From positions 11,038,001-11,102,000 of the forward strand of contig CM119371.1 in assembly GCA_051294905.1 (NCBI GenBank): a stretch of 64,000 nt of DNA, written 5' to 3'. The position numbers were made by a program, and so were the translations under genes. A model generated the notes under the pieces. It worked only from the letters and a program-made list of their open reading frames with translations. It did no database searches and was not told the DNA's origin. Source of the DNA: Botryllus schlosseri (lineage: Eukaryota). Positions 1-12,702 of this stretch are shown here, piece after piece (the first letter of the stretch is position 1; each line of letters starts with the position of its first letter).

Positions 1-39
1 GAAGAATTTCTATTTCAAACGACTGTTACTAATTCGCCG

Positions 40-317
40 TTGGTGGCGAGATAGCGCAGTGGTATAATCCGCAGCTGCAACACCAATGGTTGCGGGTTCG
101 AGTCCGACCAAGCTGGACTTCAGAATTACTATAGCCAAGTGTTAGAGGTTTATATAGGCTCCTCCTCGCCACCTCATCCGCGTAAGCGGCGTCTTCAAAA
201 ACACCTAGAAGTGGGCCGTGCTATCAGTTGGCAGTTACGGAAAAAATGAAGAATATCGGCCTGATGTAAATGACCATAGTAGTAGACTAACACCATGAAT
301 ACCATAAAACAAACAAA
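40..317 (+). mobile_element. tRNA-derived SINE family 1, near full length
   Basis: A-box TAGCGCAGTGG, B-box GGTTCGAGTCC, loop CTGCAAC, central GGCTCCTCCTCGCC block, (AAAC)n tail. Imperfect TSD actaattcgccg (28-39) / actgatttgccg (318-329). Several other copies in the window. Confidence 0.9.
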
Positions 318-881
318 ACTGATTTGCCGATACTAACAACCCCAAATCTAAATAATTTCGCTAACATATCGAAGTCACCCTGTTCGACCTTGCTATCTCC
401 GACATTTTATTTTTCCACAAACCCCAACAAAACATCTCTAAAGAGCAATATCTCTGCATCGGCAGGCTATTGGAAATTTGGCAATAAATGGGTTTGCACG
501 CACAATCGTACATTTCATCTCTGGTGACCATTTCAATGATGTGAGTCCTAATAAAGTTTGCGCAATTATGAAGCAAAACTGTCCTATGCTTTCCCTGATT
601 TAAAAAAATACAAATCAGGTTTTCGATCATTTTGAAAATTTAGAGGTTTAGCGGACCCCCTGAAAATGCTTCGTGGACTCCCAGTTGAGAACCGCTGCTC
701 TGCGCACTGACTTGAACTCGGACTTTACCCAGTGGTGAATTGAAAAAGACTCGATTTGTCTCCAGTCGAAACTGTAAATGTGATATTGACTTGTGACTCG
801 GGACCTTGTGACTTGGTACAACCCTGGAAATATGGGTTATCTGGAATCATCCGTAATTATATTAGTAATTCAGGTAAATGC

Positions 882-1442
882 TAGGGATGGTGTTAACGTG
901 AGGTTCACGTTTGCGTTCTGTGTTGAACCTCTAAAATTTAGAATTTCTCGTTAACGTTGGTAGTTTCTGCACTGTGAACCTTTTTGATGTATCACAAATT
1001 TTCAAGTCAATATAACGTATTTAGTTGCAATTCTTTTGCATTTCAACCTTCGATCACTCTTCACGTGCCGCCAGCAGCATGAATATATATTCAGCACTAA
1101 ATCACTATGCACCTTGCCAGTTCCAAAAACTAGTTCGGAATATTCATCTTACCGTTTGTGAATCTTTAGTGACTTTGTGAAATTATGATAGCATTTTATT
1201 GTTCCAGTTGATACATTAGGTGACGTTTAAAAATACAGCATGTACTTCGTCAACATTGTGGCATACTATGACCTGAGTCGTCGCTAGTTTTCATGTACAT
1301 TAATAGATGATTTTTGGAACTTTCGGGTTCGAATGGGCAATATGACGTCACGGGATGTCATGGGTTCGCGTTCACACAGATCCTTTCTAAAAGGTTCGCG
1401 TTCACACTAACCAGAATCTTTCAGAGGTTCGCACCATCCTTA
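882..1442. mobile_element. hAT-type MITE, TAGGGATG family
   Basis: TIR tagggatggtg / caccatcctta, subterminal ggttcgcgttcac repeats, 8-bp TSD gtaaatgc / gtaaatac. Confidence 0.85.
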
Positions 1443-1883
1443 GTAAATACGTTTGACATAAACTATCATTTGGCCTGGACCATGGAGTTTGGAAAAGATG
1501 CAATATGTTAGATCAATCATGAACCTCAGTTGAGACATGTTAGCGTTACCAATATCATTTGAGTAGCGACAATCTCTAGCTGACTTAGTGCCAAAATTAT
1601 GTTGAAAACCCTACGAGCACCCGAAACAAGCGATTGGGGGCGGCTGAACAAAATGCTGTCTTGGTCCAATCTAGATTAGAGGTACGAGAAAATTTCATGA
1701 AGGCTCAAGCGCTAAGAGCGCCTAAAAGGTTAAAAACAATGATTGATCACGAGTATTCTTGTCTGCTTCATACACTCGTATGCTCAAATTGTCGTGCAAT
1801 TGCACCGGTAGTCGTGTAATTTAACTCATTTCTCATACGAATCGCTGTGCATCGAAATACGTTGTCATTCGTTCGGACATATC

Positions 1884-3223
1884 CAGGCCGTGTTATTTTT
1901 GGCATATGCCAAAACTGCCAAAAATAACTTATTTTTGGCATTTTTCGATATTTATTTTTGGCAGTTTTGGCATCGTCCTCTAAATAGATAGTTTCAGCCT
2001 CGACTTAATCACAAAAACGCTTTATTGGGGCTAGTTTGTCAAAAGACACCACAAAATGTGCAGCATCCGCTTACAATCAGTGCCAACAAACAATAGGAAG
2101 AAGAAAAAACCTAACGATTTCCTAGGTTAATAATATCAAACGAAACCACAAAATGTGCAGTATTCATCGGAATCGGTGCCAATAAGCAAAAAAGAAAGAA
2201 AAGCCAAACAAACACGCTCAACAGCTGATTGTTACAGCTGTTGAATAGACTTAAAACGTTTGCACTGTAACAGTCCTTCCAAACTCAGGTCAGCTAAGTT
2301 TCTCCTAAATTCATTTCTCGCCCAGAGAATCTGGGAAATATCGGCTTCAACAGTAGCCGTTGAGGGGAAGAAGGTTGCCAGTCATCCACAAAAGGTTTTC
2401 AGAGCTTCGAAATCTTTGGAGGGCCGAACCGGCTTCCATGCATCATGAAAAGAGATCACTTCGCCAGTGCCATCGATCTCGTCGCGGAAAGAATTTTCTT
2501 CCCGATCCTTTTCCAGGAGTTTCCTGTGTTGTCTCTCAACACATTCTATTTAGTAGCCCGACTATCATTTCTCCTTCGGTCTACTGATATATTCACTTCA
2601 GGTGGCTTTAATATTACAAACTCGCATGGAAGAGCCCTGGGAAGGTTAGCTTGTTTAAGAACATTGACGCAACAATACTGTCTGGCAAAACGAGACTATT
2701 CAGCTCAGAAATAGCCAGACAGTTTGTTGCGTCACAATGTTCAACTCGATCACAATGCAAAAATCGTGGTTGATTTTGGGGGTTCCAGTTCCATGAGCAG
2801 AATATAATTTATATTTTAATAATCAGTACTGCGGCAGCTTCTCATTGATACCCGTTTTATCAAATTTAGCGCTCGACAAGCCGGTCAAAAATGGTCGGAA
2901 AATTGCCTTTGGACAAATGGAAAGTATGACGTAAACCAAATGCAGTCAGCCGTTCAATCTCGCTGTGCCCACGCCATTTATGACACCATGCTTTCACCCC
3001 TAATGGGTGGGCTGGACCCAGATTAAGAAACCTGCCTTTCACAAACGCTCGTCTCGCTTGTAACGCGGTCCTGTTAACACAACACCATGAACGAAATACA
3101 CTATTTGGCAGGCCGTTTTATTTTTGGCATATGCCAAAAATTGCTTATTTTTGGCATTTTCAAATTTTTATTTTTGGCAATTTTGGCATCCAGCTCCTGA
3201 AATGCCAAAAATAACACGGCCTG
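1884..3223. mobile_element. hAT-type MITE (CAGGCCGTG TIR) with internal insert
   Basis: TIR caggccgtgttatttttggcat / atgccaaaaataacacggcctg, perfect TSD GACATATC. Related partial copies at ~6145 and ~6667-6790. Confidence 0.88.
2232..2650 (-). pseudogene. hAT transposase C-terminal (dimerisation region) remnant
   Basis: Manual translation: ANLPRALPCEFVILKPPEV /frameshift/ IECVERQHRKLLEKDREENSFRDEIDGTGEVISFHDAWKPVRPSKDFEALKTFCG*LATFFPSTATVEADISQILWARNEFRRNLADLSLEGLLQCKRFKSIQQL*. P-S-T-A-x-V-E resembles the hAT dimerisation motif. One stop and one frameshift. Confidence 0.75.
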
Positions 3224-3411
3224 GACATATCGCATGGTGGATATATCTCACAATATTGCATGAAAATATTTCGCGAACTGTAAATGATTGGAACGCACGG
3301 AACCTGTTATAAATAAAATGTTGCAATATTAAATCAAAATTTTTCATCATCTTGTAATGTATTGTCGTTGATCAACACTCTTCATCTGTCAACGAGTCCC
3401 GAAGCGAGTGT

Positions 3412-3631
3412 TTATATTTCAACGACCTCATAGCTAAGACCACTGGCTTGTGCAGAATTGGAAGTCACGTCGATCACTGATTCATACGCATTTCTGTCTT
3501 CGAGTTTCCTCCAGAACACATTCCATCGTTGTCGTACGGCGACTGCTCTCGTGATCCATCCAATTCATAAATTTCGAATTCGTTCACCTCTGATAGACCA
3601 TTTGAGCTGCTTTCTTGTTCACGTCCATTTC
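3412..3631 (-). pseudogene. Putative terminal exon of a Tyr-motif cytoplasmic tail, frameshifted
   Basis: Acceptor ttattgcttttag. The phase-1 frame reads NGREQESSSNGLSEVNEFEIYELDGSREQSPYDND...*. A shifted frame continues KLEDRNAYESVIDVTSNSAQASGLSYEVVEI*. No upstream exon securely linked. Confidence 0.4.
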
Positions 3632-3760
3632 CTAAAAGCAATAAAATTATATAATTTAATACGTATCAGTTTAAATTTACGTACTGAATCAGTGTATCGA
3701 TATCGCACTACGCGAAAGTGTTAGGATCAAGTCCCCACCTTCGAATCATAAGTCATGTCG

Positions 3761-5974
3761 CAGTGGTGGCTCGTGACAATATCGGGTGGTGGGGCAAGGG
3801 CTGCGAGCGACTTTTATCAACTTGACGTCACAATGGCGATTTCCAACGTAAAAAAGTAACTTTATGATGGTCACATGAATTTCCCGACAACAGTGATTTC
3901 AACGTAGGTGCCGCGAGAGGTTTGCCGGTGAGCCGTGACTTGAAGTGTGGTAACAAATGTTTTATTCATTATTTTTAATCAAAGGATTATTTTACAAAAT
4001 GTACGTGAACTAAGAATCGTCCTTATGCCACGAATCAATTATCAGGTCATCCTTAGTAGCAAGCGTTATGATTTAATGGTAGAGTTAGAGATTACGCAAA
4101 TCGATAGGCCCTAATTTTTCTAAGCCCGTCCGAAAGTGTTTCTTACAGGATCCTGGTGTGTTACGACCACTGAGCTGGTGGTTACGACCAGGTGATAGGC
4201 AACCAATGCGGAAGCACCCGGCGTACGATTGGATCAATGGACTGGACAACTTCTAGACCTCTAATTTTCGCTCTAAAGGCAACTGGTAAACTACGTACGG
4301 AGCAAAGATTCAATACGATTCATGTTTGCACTTTTGACCTGACTAATTACAATGACTAGAACTCGATATATTGCATAAGCCTAACTGGAAAGGTCAACGA
4401 GTTCAGACACATACGCAATTGTTATCTCAGAGATTGGGCCTGTCATATTGAATCCAGAACATCAATTTGAATGGTCTTTGAAGAACTAAGGACAGCAGCC
4501 TCGGAACTTCGGTCTCGGAACAACATAGGACATTTTGGCCTTGAAACTGGAGACTGTGTCACAACACATACAGCTTACTGTCTATAAGTCTGCTGCGAAA
4601 TCGCCTTTGAAAAATATATTAATCAATAAATACATGAATGAAAGCCGTAAACTTAGTATACTGTTACAAGAAATCATCGAGAAGTAGCATACGCAATCTC
4701 ATAACCCATTACGGCATGGTACACTGTCAAAATCAATGCAAACAGACGAACACCGAACTTTGAATAAAATAGATCGAGGAATAGGCTGATCGAATGATCA
4801 GCTGTAAGCCGACATCGAAAATGAAATAGCTATCGCATGTGACAGGGGATTGTAAGCAAATGGTTTGAAGGCCACAATTTCAAAGTGAAATGGAGATTGG
4901 CGAACATAAAATTATGTGAATATTTGAATATGACACAGGCTTTTGCGTGAGATCCGCAATGAAGTAGGTAGGCTAAGTATCAGATCAGCGCGCATCTCTA
5001 CCATACTCGACCTCGAAACCGAAATAACTGCCTCAATCATTGAGTGTCAACTTTAAGACTTGGCACCGCGTTCGATACTAAAATCAAGACATACCGTGCG
5101 AAAGCTCATGACAGATCTAGGTATGGAACATCGTTAAAATCAATAGAGACCAATAACAGCTTTTGCGTAAATCTGTTAGCGATAAATGAAGAGTCAGCTC
5201 TCACTCGACTTTGGAAACGAAATTACCACCCACATAGTTCAGTGACAAACTTAAAACTTGTTACAGCGGTCGATACTAACATTAAGACTTACCGTGCCCA
5301 ATGTAATGACCGATCTCGGTATGGAACATCGTCAAAATGAATGGAGACCAATACCGGCTTTCGAGTAAAATCTGTTTGCTGTACAATGTACATGATAGAT
5401 CAGCACACACTGAATTTCGCAAACGAAATTACTACCCTTAGCAAGCCTGAAACTTGGAGCAGTGTTAAATACTACCTTCACAACATATCATACCAAGTTT
5501 CAAGAATTATCATGGTGCGAAACACTTCAAAATCAACCTATACCAGCAAAGGTCGACTCAACGCATATTACGGTAACGGAGTTCAGATATAGATACAATT
5601 GTTACATCACACCTTAGGGGCAACCAGGCATATTTGCCCCGCTTGCTCGACCATTTTACCAACAGGAGAGAGTAAATCAACGTTTCTTTATTGTGCGCGG
5701 CTTTGAGAGAATAGATAGTGAAAGCTTGTTATGAGCGCTACCCGGGCAAGCCACGGCTAGGCATTCACAAAAAGAAAAAACAGAAGAGAATTTGATTTTC
5801 GCAGAGACTTCGCTATGTATGGGCATTTGCAAGCGAAAGCACAAAAAGAACGCGGGTTTCGCTGTGATCTCGGTATATATTGATTGCTGTGCATCTATAA
5901 ATGGTTAAATTGTTATTGAACAGAATTTTAGGTGGGGCAATGCCCAAGTTGCCCTATAGGACGAGCCGCCACTG
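3761..5974. mobile_element. Non-autonomous hAT element (CAGTGG TIR)
   Basis: TIR cagtggtggctcgt / acgagccgccactg, subterminal ggtggggcaa at both ends, TSD tcatgtcg / tcatatcg. Confidence 0.85.
5030..5450. repeat. Degenerate ~200-bp tandem repeat inside the hAT element
   Basis: Unit ttaa(g/a)acttg...cgatactaa...aagac.taccgtgc...ggtatggaacatcgt.aaaat...gagaccaata recurs at ~5053 and ~5251. Confidence 0.75.
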
Positions 5975-6962
5975 TCATATCGAGTCATTACGCATTTTGA
6001 CCCGAATCACATCAAGTCAGTCGATTTTGTAAGGTGACACGAGTCGATTCAAATCACTCGAGTTTTTATAGCTCAAGGTAATCTTCGAGTCAATTCAAGT
6101 CACAAAGTCATGTCAAATTTCTGAAGTAGCCTATGAGGCATGTCATGGCGTGTTATTTTTGGCATATGCCAAGCTTATTTTTAGCAGATTATATTGTTGG
6201 TAATTTTTGCATCGCCATGAAATCATATTTATAGACGCGAATTAGCCATGTAAATTGCTTTAGTTTGGTCTCTCTTATAAAACAAAAGTCATAAAACATG
6301 CAGTATCCACACTCTGCCATCAAACAGCACGATTTGAATCCGAATTGAAAACGATGTTGGAGACCAAATTTATCCGATACAAAACCGAGTGCTTCTGTAA
6401 TATCTATTCTCAATAGTCGGTTCACTATATGTACAACATAACCGGCATTCACACAGGTCACAATCACAATACTTGCAATAAAAATTCAAAAATGTTTCTG
6501 CAACGTCTGGCTAGCAGCCGTCACCACCAACCAATGATTAGAAATCATGAAGGAATTTATTAGTCAATATAACATGAAAAATCATCAACCCGGCAATGAA
6601 AAACTTGGGAATGACTGCATAAATGTATGTATGTGTGGTGCGTATATATCTGGAGGCCTTTTGCACAGGCAGTGTTATTTTTTGCATACGCCAAAAATAC
6701 CAAAAATGTATTTTTTTGGATATTTCAAAATTTTATTTTAGGCAGTTTTGGCATTTGGTTTCCGAAATGGCAAAAATAACATAGCCTGGGCATGATTCAG
6801 TTCATTCCCTTTTGCAAGATGATTAAAATACAGTTATGCATATCGAGTTAACCAAACTTCGTATGACTAACTACATCGGCATCTGTCAGTCAAATCGATG
6901 GTGGAATACGAAGCGTCGGAAATTAAGCTGAAAGAAATTGATATGATGCAATATATATACAA

Positions 6963-8604
6963 TAGGGTTGTTCAAAATTTGGAAAATCTTACAAATCCTC
7001 CGTTGTAATGTCTTATTCTATAGATTATTGATAAAAAACGACACTGAGCCTAAAAGAAGCTTACAGGAAGGCCGTTAAGATTTCGTGCAAAGCGTTTGAA
7101 AGTAGCTGCCAAAGAATGGGCGTGCCACCGACCATCGAGCGGCGAGAAGACTAATAATCACGAAACCACGGCTCTTGATTGGCTGATCGGCTATGCTTCA
7201 ATGAACACGGCAGCAGCTACTTGCTGATTATGTGATCAAGGAGTCTGCTACCGGCGGCGATTCTGAAAGCGCATTGTATGTAAGCTGACAATTAATGATT
7301 TAGGATTGATTCAGGGTATGTTGAGGTACGAAATACATGCTGAACAAACAACAGCTGCTTCACAAATCCGTCTAAAGCATGGCCGCTTTAATGCGAAGGA
7401 CACCGCCGTAGCCTATATGCCTTGTTTTCAACGAGGGAAAGCATAGGCGCTTATGCAAGTGGCGACGGATTCCAAGTTTCAGAAAGGATCTATCATTATT
7501 GAATACAAATATAAAACTTAACAATGAAACTACTTTGTCTGTGTGATCTTATTGGGCTCAGGTTGTAGTACATAGTTGAAGTTTTGAAAGCTCTAACGAT
7601 CGGCTGAATCAGCGGGTTATGCTTGGCACTTATCAGATGCTTACAGCAAATTGTATTCACTTGCAAGTGTTGTCAAAGTCCTTAATGCTGACGCAGAAAA
7701 GGGGTGTAAAAGTAAGCACATACTATGCTGGATATGATATGTCAAAGTCCTAAATAATCGTGCCGAAAAGGAGTGTAAAGGTAAGCACATACAATGATGC
7801 ATAGTGCACAGTATCCAGCATAGTTTGTATGTAATATCCAGCATAGTCTGTGCTTACATTTACACCTCGTTTCTGCGGCATCATTAGGGACTTTGTAAAC
7901 ACTTACAAGTGAATTCAATTTGCTGTAAACATCTGATAAGGGCCAAACTTAACTGTCTGATTCAGCCGATCCCTAGAGCATTCAAAACTGCAACTATGTA
8001 CTACAACCTAAGCCCAATAAGATCACACAAATTATATTGTCATTGTTAAGCTTTATATTTGTATTCAATAATGATAGATCCTATCTGAAACTTGGAATCC
8101 GTCGCCACTTGCATAAGCGCCTATGCTTTCCCTCGTTGAAAACAAGGCATATAGGCTATGGCGGTGTCCTTCACATTAAAGCGGTCATGCTTTAGACGTT
8201 TTTGTGAAGCAGCTGTTGTTTTTCCATCATGTATTTCGTACCTCAACATACCCTGAATCAATCCTAAATCATTAACTGTCAGCTTACATACAGTGCGCTT
8301 TCAGAATCGCCACCGGTAGCAGACTCCTTGATCACATAATCAGCAAGCTGCTGCTGCAGTGGTCATTGAAGCATAGCCGATCAGCCAATCAAGAGTCGTG
8401 GTTTCGTGATTACTAGTCTTCTCGCCGTTCGATGGTCGGTGGTACGCCCATTCTTTGGCAGCTACTTTCAAACGCTTTGCACGAAATCTTAACGGCCTTC
8501 CTGTGAGCTTCTTTTAGGCCCATTGTCGTTTTTTATCAATAATCTATAGAATAAGACATTACAACGGGGGATTTGTAAGATTTTCCAAATTTTGGACAAC
8601 CCTA
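6963..8604. mobile_element. Foldback (palindromic) hAT-type element, ~770-bp arms
   Basis: 6963-~7735 is the reverse complement of ~7833-8604 with scattered mismatches. Ends TAGGGTTG / CAACCCTA, perfect 8-bp TSD ATATACAA. Confidence 0.93.
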
Positions 8605-8712
8605 ATATACAATCCACCATCCTTACGACACAATTTATCTCTGCGCCAATTGTGGACAAGTCTTTCCTTAGGAGTTTAACATGATCCTTGATCATGCCTA
8701 TACCCTATACCT

Positions 8713-9861
8713 CAGTGGTCGTGAACCTATGGCTCGCGAGCCATATATGGCTCTTTTGGGTGTAAGATATGGCTCTTTGATGAATTTTCAATTTTATACC
8801 TAATTTATCAATATTGCAGCAACCTGTTGGTAAATTTTCATGACTGCCCGAATATAATATTATCGTGGCATTATAGACATGTCTTTGAGAGGTCAAGACA
8901 GTGGGTTAACCAGGGTTAGGGGTTCGTATCCTACTTTTCAAAATCCTCAAATTTAAGTTGCAGTCGCGCCGTTGACTAACACGACTGGCGAATTCGATCT
9001 ACCCGCTATCGCGCGCCTCGAAATCTTGGATTGCACAATATCTTGATTGATATACTTTGAAATGTCGACGCTTGTAGGACAATGCAGTTTTCAAATACCC
9101 ATTGTCTTCCGGATCTACGATGATAAACAAACTTCCTCGGAAGTGACATTACCAATCACAATTTCAAATTAAAAAACAACGCCATAGCTATCCGAGTTCT
9201 TCATTGATGACGTAAGTAGCTTTCTATAACCGACGTAAAATGTAGGTGTGTAGCGTTATGTTACGCCGAATACTTTAGAAGTCGATCAACACTTAGATTT
9301 TCGGAATTAGCGCGACAATTTCATTTCAATTTCATAATATCAGTGATGATAGATTCCAAGGTATTTACGATGAGTTGCGCTATCACAGGTAAGGCTTGCC
9401 CCCTCTGTGGCTCATCTGTGCCTTATCTCTCATTTTGCGCGTTATTTTCGAACAATATGTGAAAATTCCGTGATTTGGGGAATTGAAATGCCCCAAATCT
9501 AATCATTCATAAAAATGGATAAAAATACCAATAATCACGATTGAAGGTTTCACAATTTTCCCTCGCTCATCCCTGACGACATGTGAAGCACTGCCCCACT
9601 TGCCTCCCATAACCCCACGTCACTGACGTAGCACACCCTGCAGTAGGTATGTACTGCTGTAGTGACCATGTTTGGCACCACCTACGCATGTTGGCAGAAA
9701 ATATAGCACACACTACGAAGCCTATGTATTAGTGCTACCAATGCGTCACGAATTTTCAATTGTGACTTAACAGTTGATTGACATGTATGGCTCTTTGGAT
9801 GTTACAATTGGAAATATTGGGTCAATATGGCTCTTCGGTCGAAAAAGGTTCCCGACCACTG
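8713..9861. mobile_element. hAT (Charlie-like) MITE with nested insert
   Basis: TIR cagtggtcgtgaacct / aggttcccgaccactg, tggctc repeats, perfect TSD CTATACCT. Confidence 0.88.
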
Positions 9862-10192
9862 CTATACCTGTTCGAGTTAGATTCGACCGAGTTTAGTGGT
9901 TTTCCGAAGCGCTATTCTTCTCGATTTATACGCTATGCTGAAATAGTACCGTATGCAATTAAAGCAGTTTTTTATTGTAACTTTTGTATTAAATAATGTG
10001 CATCGCGGCTTTGGCTATGTGGATCTACAATACATACAATATCATAGAATGGATTTATATTTTAAACTAGAGGTAATCAGCAATTTTAATTGACATTTTT
10101 GGATTCAACGTACAAAAAAGGATAGGAGTCGACTGCTTTCTTATCGAAAACAAAACCAAATTCTTATCAAAATTTAAAAAAAAGTTGTGTAA

Positions 10193-10808
10193 CACGGTGG
10201 CTCCAAAACTTTTTGATCTTCTGGCACACTAGAGAACTTATAAAACTCTCGCGGCACACTTGGGCCAAGAAAATATGCTTTAATAAGATCGATATCTTTT
10301 AATACATTAGCATGACATATCCAATAGAAAGTAAGTTGAATTGTTCATAAACCTAACCGCATTTTGTCATTAATTCTATAAAGTTTCTCTCGTTTACAGC
10401 TAATAATTCCACTGAAATAAGAAATGCCATGTCCACCAAGCCAGGAGTATGCAAATTTAAACACTATATTGATCGTTTTGCATAAATTATATGGAATAGC
10501 ATTTGCTGGCCGACATCTAAAAATCATACAATTTCTTTTGAAGAAATAGCTTTAAGATTTACATTGACATTTCGTAAATCATTTAGCTTCTCTTCTGAGA
10601 TTACTTGATTTATTTTGATGTCATAACTGATTTCATTGTTACTTGTGCTTATATCAGCTGTTGAAGAAGTTAAAGCGTGTGCACGTCGCATTTACTAGTC
10701 TTCGGGCATTGTTCAAAATATTTATACAGTTCTATTCCAAAACTCCAAAAATGTTCACGGCACACGTGAAAATCTGTGGCGGCACACTACTGTGTCACAG
10801 CACACAGT
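10193..10808. mobile_element. Degenerate hAT-type MITE
   Basis: Left end cacggtggctccaaaactttt, repeated gcggcacac motifs at both ends, right TIR eroded. Confidence 0.5.
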
Positions 10809-10844
10809 AAACATTGGTAATAAATACGGTATGGTTCTAAACCT

Positions 10845-11059
10845 TTACCAAAAGCAATACGTGATCGTAGAATCGAAATGTAGTGATCGACATATTTTAA
10901 CATTCCAAGCCTTGTCTACTGAGATGACGTCATCATAAGTGGCACTCAGATATTCGACTGGACTCAGAATCGACATATCATTACGTTGCAGCGACGAAAT
11001 TCTTTCTGTATCTCGAATATGACAACGACTCCTCATGAGAGTCGGTCGAAATTCTCCGA
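10845..11059 (-). pseudogene. Putative cytoplasmic-tail exon of decayed receptor C
   Basis: Acceptor ttttgtccag. The phase-2 join to the TM exon gives SRRISTDSHEE... ending in a stop. The adjacent frame carries VEYLSATYDDVISVD, similar to TYAxVTDD of genes A and B. Confidence 0.35.
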
Positions 11060-11199
11060 CTGGACAAAACTTGGCAATATGAAGGTTTTGCTTCTCGTGA
11101 TTATCAAAATATAGAAAATGCAAAAATAGATAATTTTCAGAAATTGTGGAACGATTTGCAACGTTTTTGCAGATGATGGCAGCTGCAACAAAAACTCAC

Positions 11200-11301
11200 C
11201 TAATGTATGTCAATATGAATACTCCAATGAAAATCAGCAGCAGGAAGCTTGCCGCAGATGAAATGATTGGAATACTAATTCCTGAGTTTCATAATCCATG
11301 C
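11200..11301 (-). pseudogene. Transmembrane exon of decayed receptor C
   Basis: SGISIPIISSAASFLLLIFIGVFILTYI then AG|gtgagt, a phase-2 donor as in the TM exons of A and B. There is an in-frame stop or frameshift just 5' if the acceptor at 11302 is used; an alternative acceptor lies at 11282. Confidence 0.55.
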
Positions 11302-11820
11302 CTGAAAGGAATGAAAACACTTCTTATCCTCTTCAAAATTACCATCGATGCAGATGAAATCCAGTGTCGCGCGTATATTGTAGTTGTTGTTTCAGTATTT
11401 TTGCTGTTTCGAATCATTTAGTCATTTCACATCAAGACCGATATTCTTGTTAACGAATCCTTTGCAATTTGAGTTTGACACATCTGGCCTAAATCATTCG
11501 ATAAAAGTTTTGAGGCATCATTTTTTTTTTGAAATTTGTAGATCAGTGTAATATTTTGGGTCGACAAGTGCTTCTGACTGAACGAAGATATAGAATTACT
11601 CGATTCAAATTCATCAAAACTCACTCATTCTGTTCTACAACAACCCAGGTTTCATGATAGATGATTTTAATAACAATATTTGATCTGTTGCTGTTGTATG
11701 CTAAACGTGATGTCACCAACGAAAGCCGAAATTTGATTGATTTACGAAAATGGGAAATAATTCATATAGAAAAAAAAATTGACGGGACAGAGAAATTCCG
11801 AGCACAGAATCGGATTCAGT

Positions 11821-12396
11821 CAGGGTTGTAACCAAGTCACAAGGCTCCGAGTCACAAGTCAATCTCACTTTTATAGTTTTGACTCGAGTCAAGTCGAGTC
11901 ATTTCAATTCACTACCGAGTCAAGTCCGCGTCCAAGTCAGCGAGCAGAGGGTCGAGTCCAAGTCATGGAATTATGACTCGAGTCCGAGTCCAAGTCACTG
12001 TGTTGACTGCTCAGTTTCCAGTTAAATTCTTGGTAAACCCACTTTTTATAACTCTGTTTGGTGATATCGAATGGTTCGCATTTATAATATATCAATTTTC
12101 CTCGATTTTAGCAGTTTCTGGTCGTATTTTCAACTACCAGTACCAACAGACGAAATCCCAATAGCTTCAGAATTACAATGAATTGTCGGTCTTGGTTGTC
12201 TAAGTCTCGAGTCAATGACTTGGTTCGAGTCATGCGCAATGACTCGAGTCCAAGTCGAGTCAATACACAGATTGACTCAAGTCGAGTCGAGTCATTTCCG
12301 TATTTTGAAAAATGACTCGAGTCAAGTCGAGTCATCAGAGAATCGTGACTCGAGTCGGACTCGAGTCGAGTCATGACTCGAGTCATTACAACCCTG
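11821..12396. mobile_element. hAT-type MITE rich in GACTCGAGTC repeats
   Basis: TIR cagggttgta / tacaaccctg, TSD gattcagt / gattcagc, many palindromic gactcgagtc units. Confidence 0.9.
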
Positions 12397-12702
12397 GATT
12401 CAGCAACCTTAAATTAGCCCCAATCAATAAAAAATTTTGCCGCAAAATTTTTTTAGAAATTTTTAGACCAGTGTTATCGTTTGGCCGATAATATCGAGAC
12501 GATATCACACTTTGAAGGAATTATCGGTATGGCCATTGGAGCTGAAAAATTACTGGTGATTTTCGTGACGTCACAAGATGCCGGTCTTAAGTCAGAAAAC
12601 TATAATCTTTGACCTCTAGACTGAGAGTATTGATACATTTCATATATCGTACACTTTACATGTGTCCAGATGCAATCTTTCTAGTTTATTTCATGTTCAA
12701 GT

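Noticed and set aside
42..112. Functional tRNA-Cys gene
   Set aside because: No proper acceptor stem. It continues into a SINE body and tail, has a TSD and occurs in multiple diverged copies.
4380..4640. CR1/L2-like ORF2 C-terminus (…ETVSQHIQ…LKNILINKY)
   Set aside because: Needs several frameshifts; too decayed to support by eye.
12108..12386. Repeat protein (MTRLES...)
   Set aside because: Translation of GACTCGAGTC MITE subterminal repeats.
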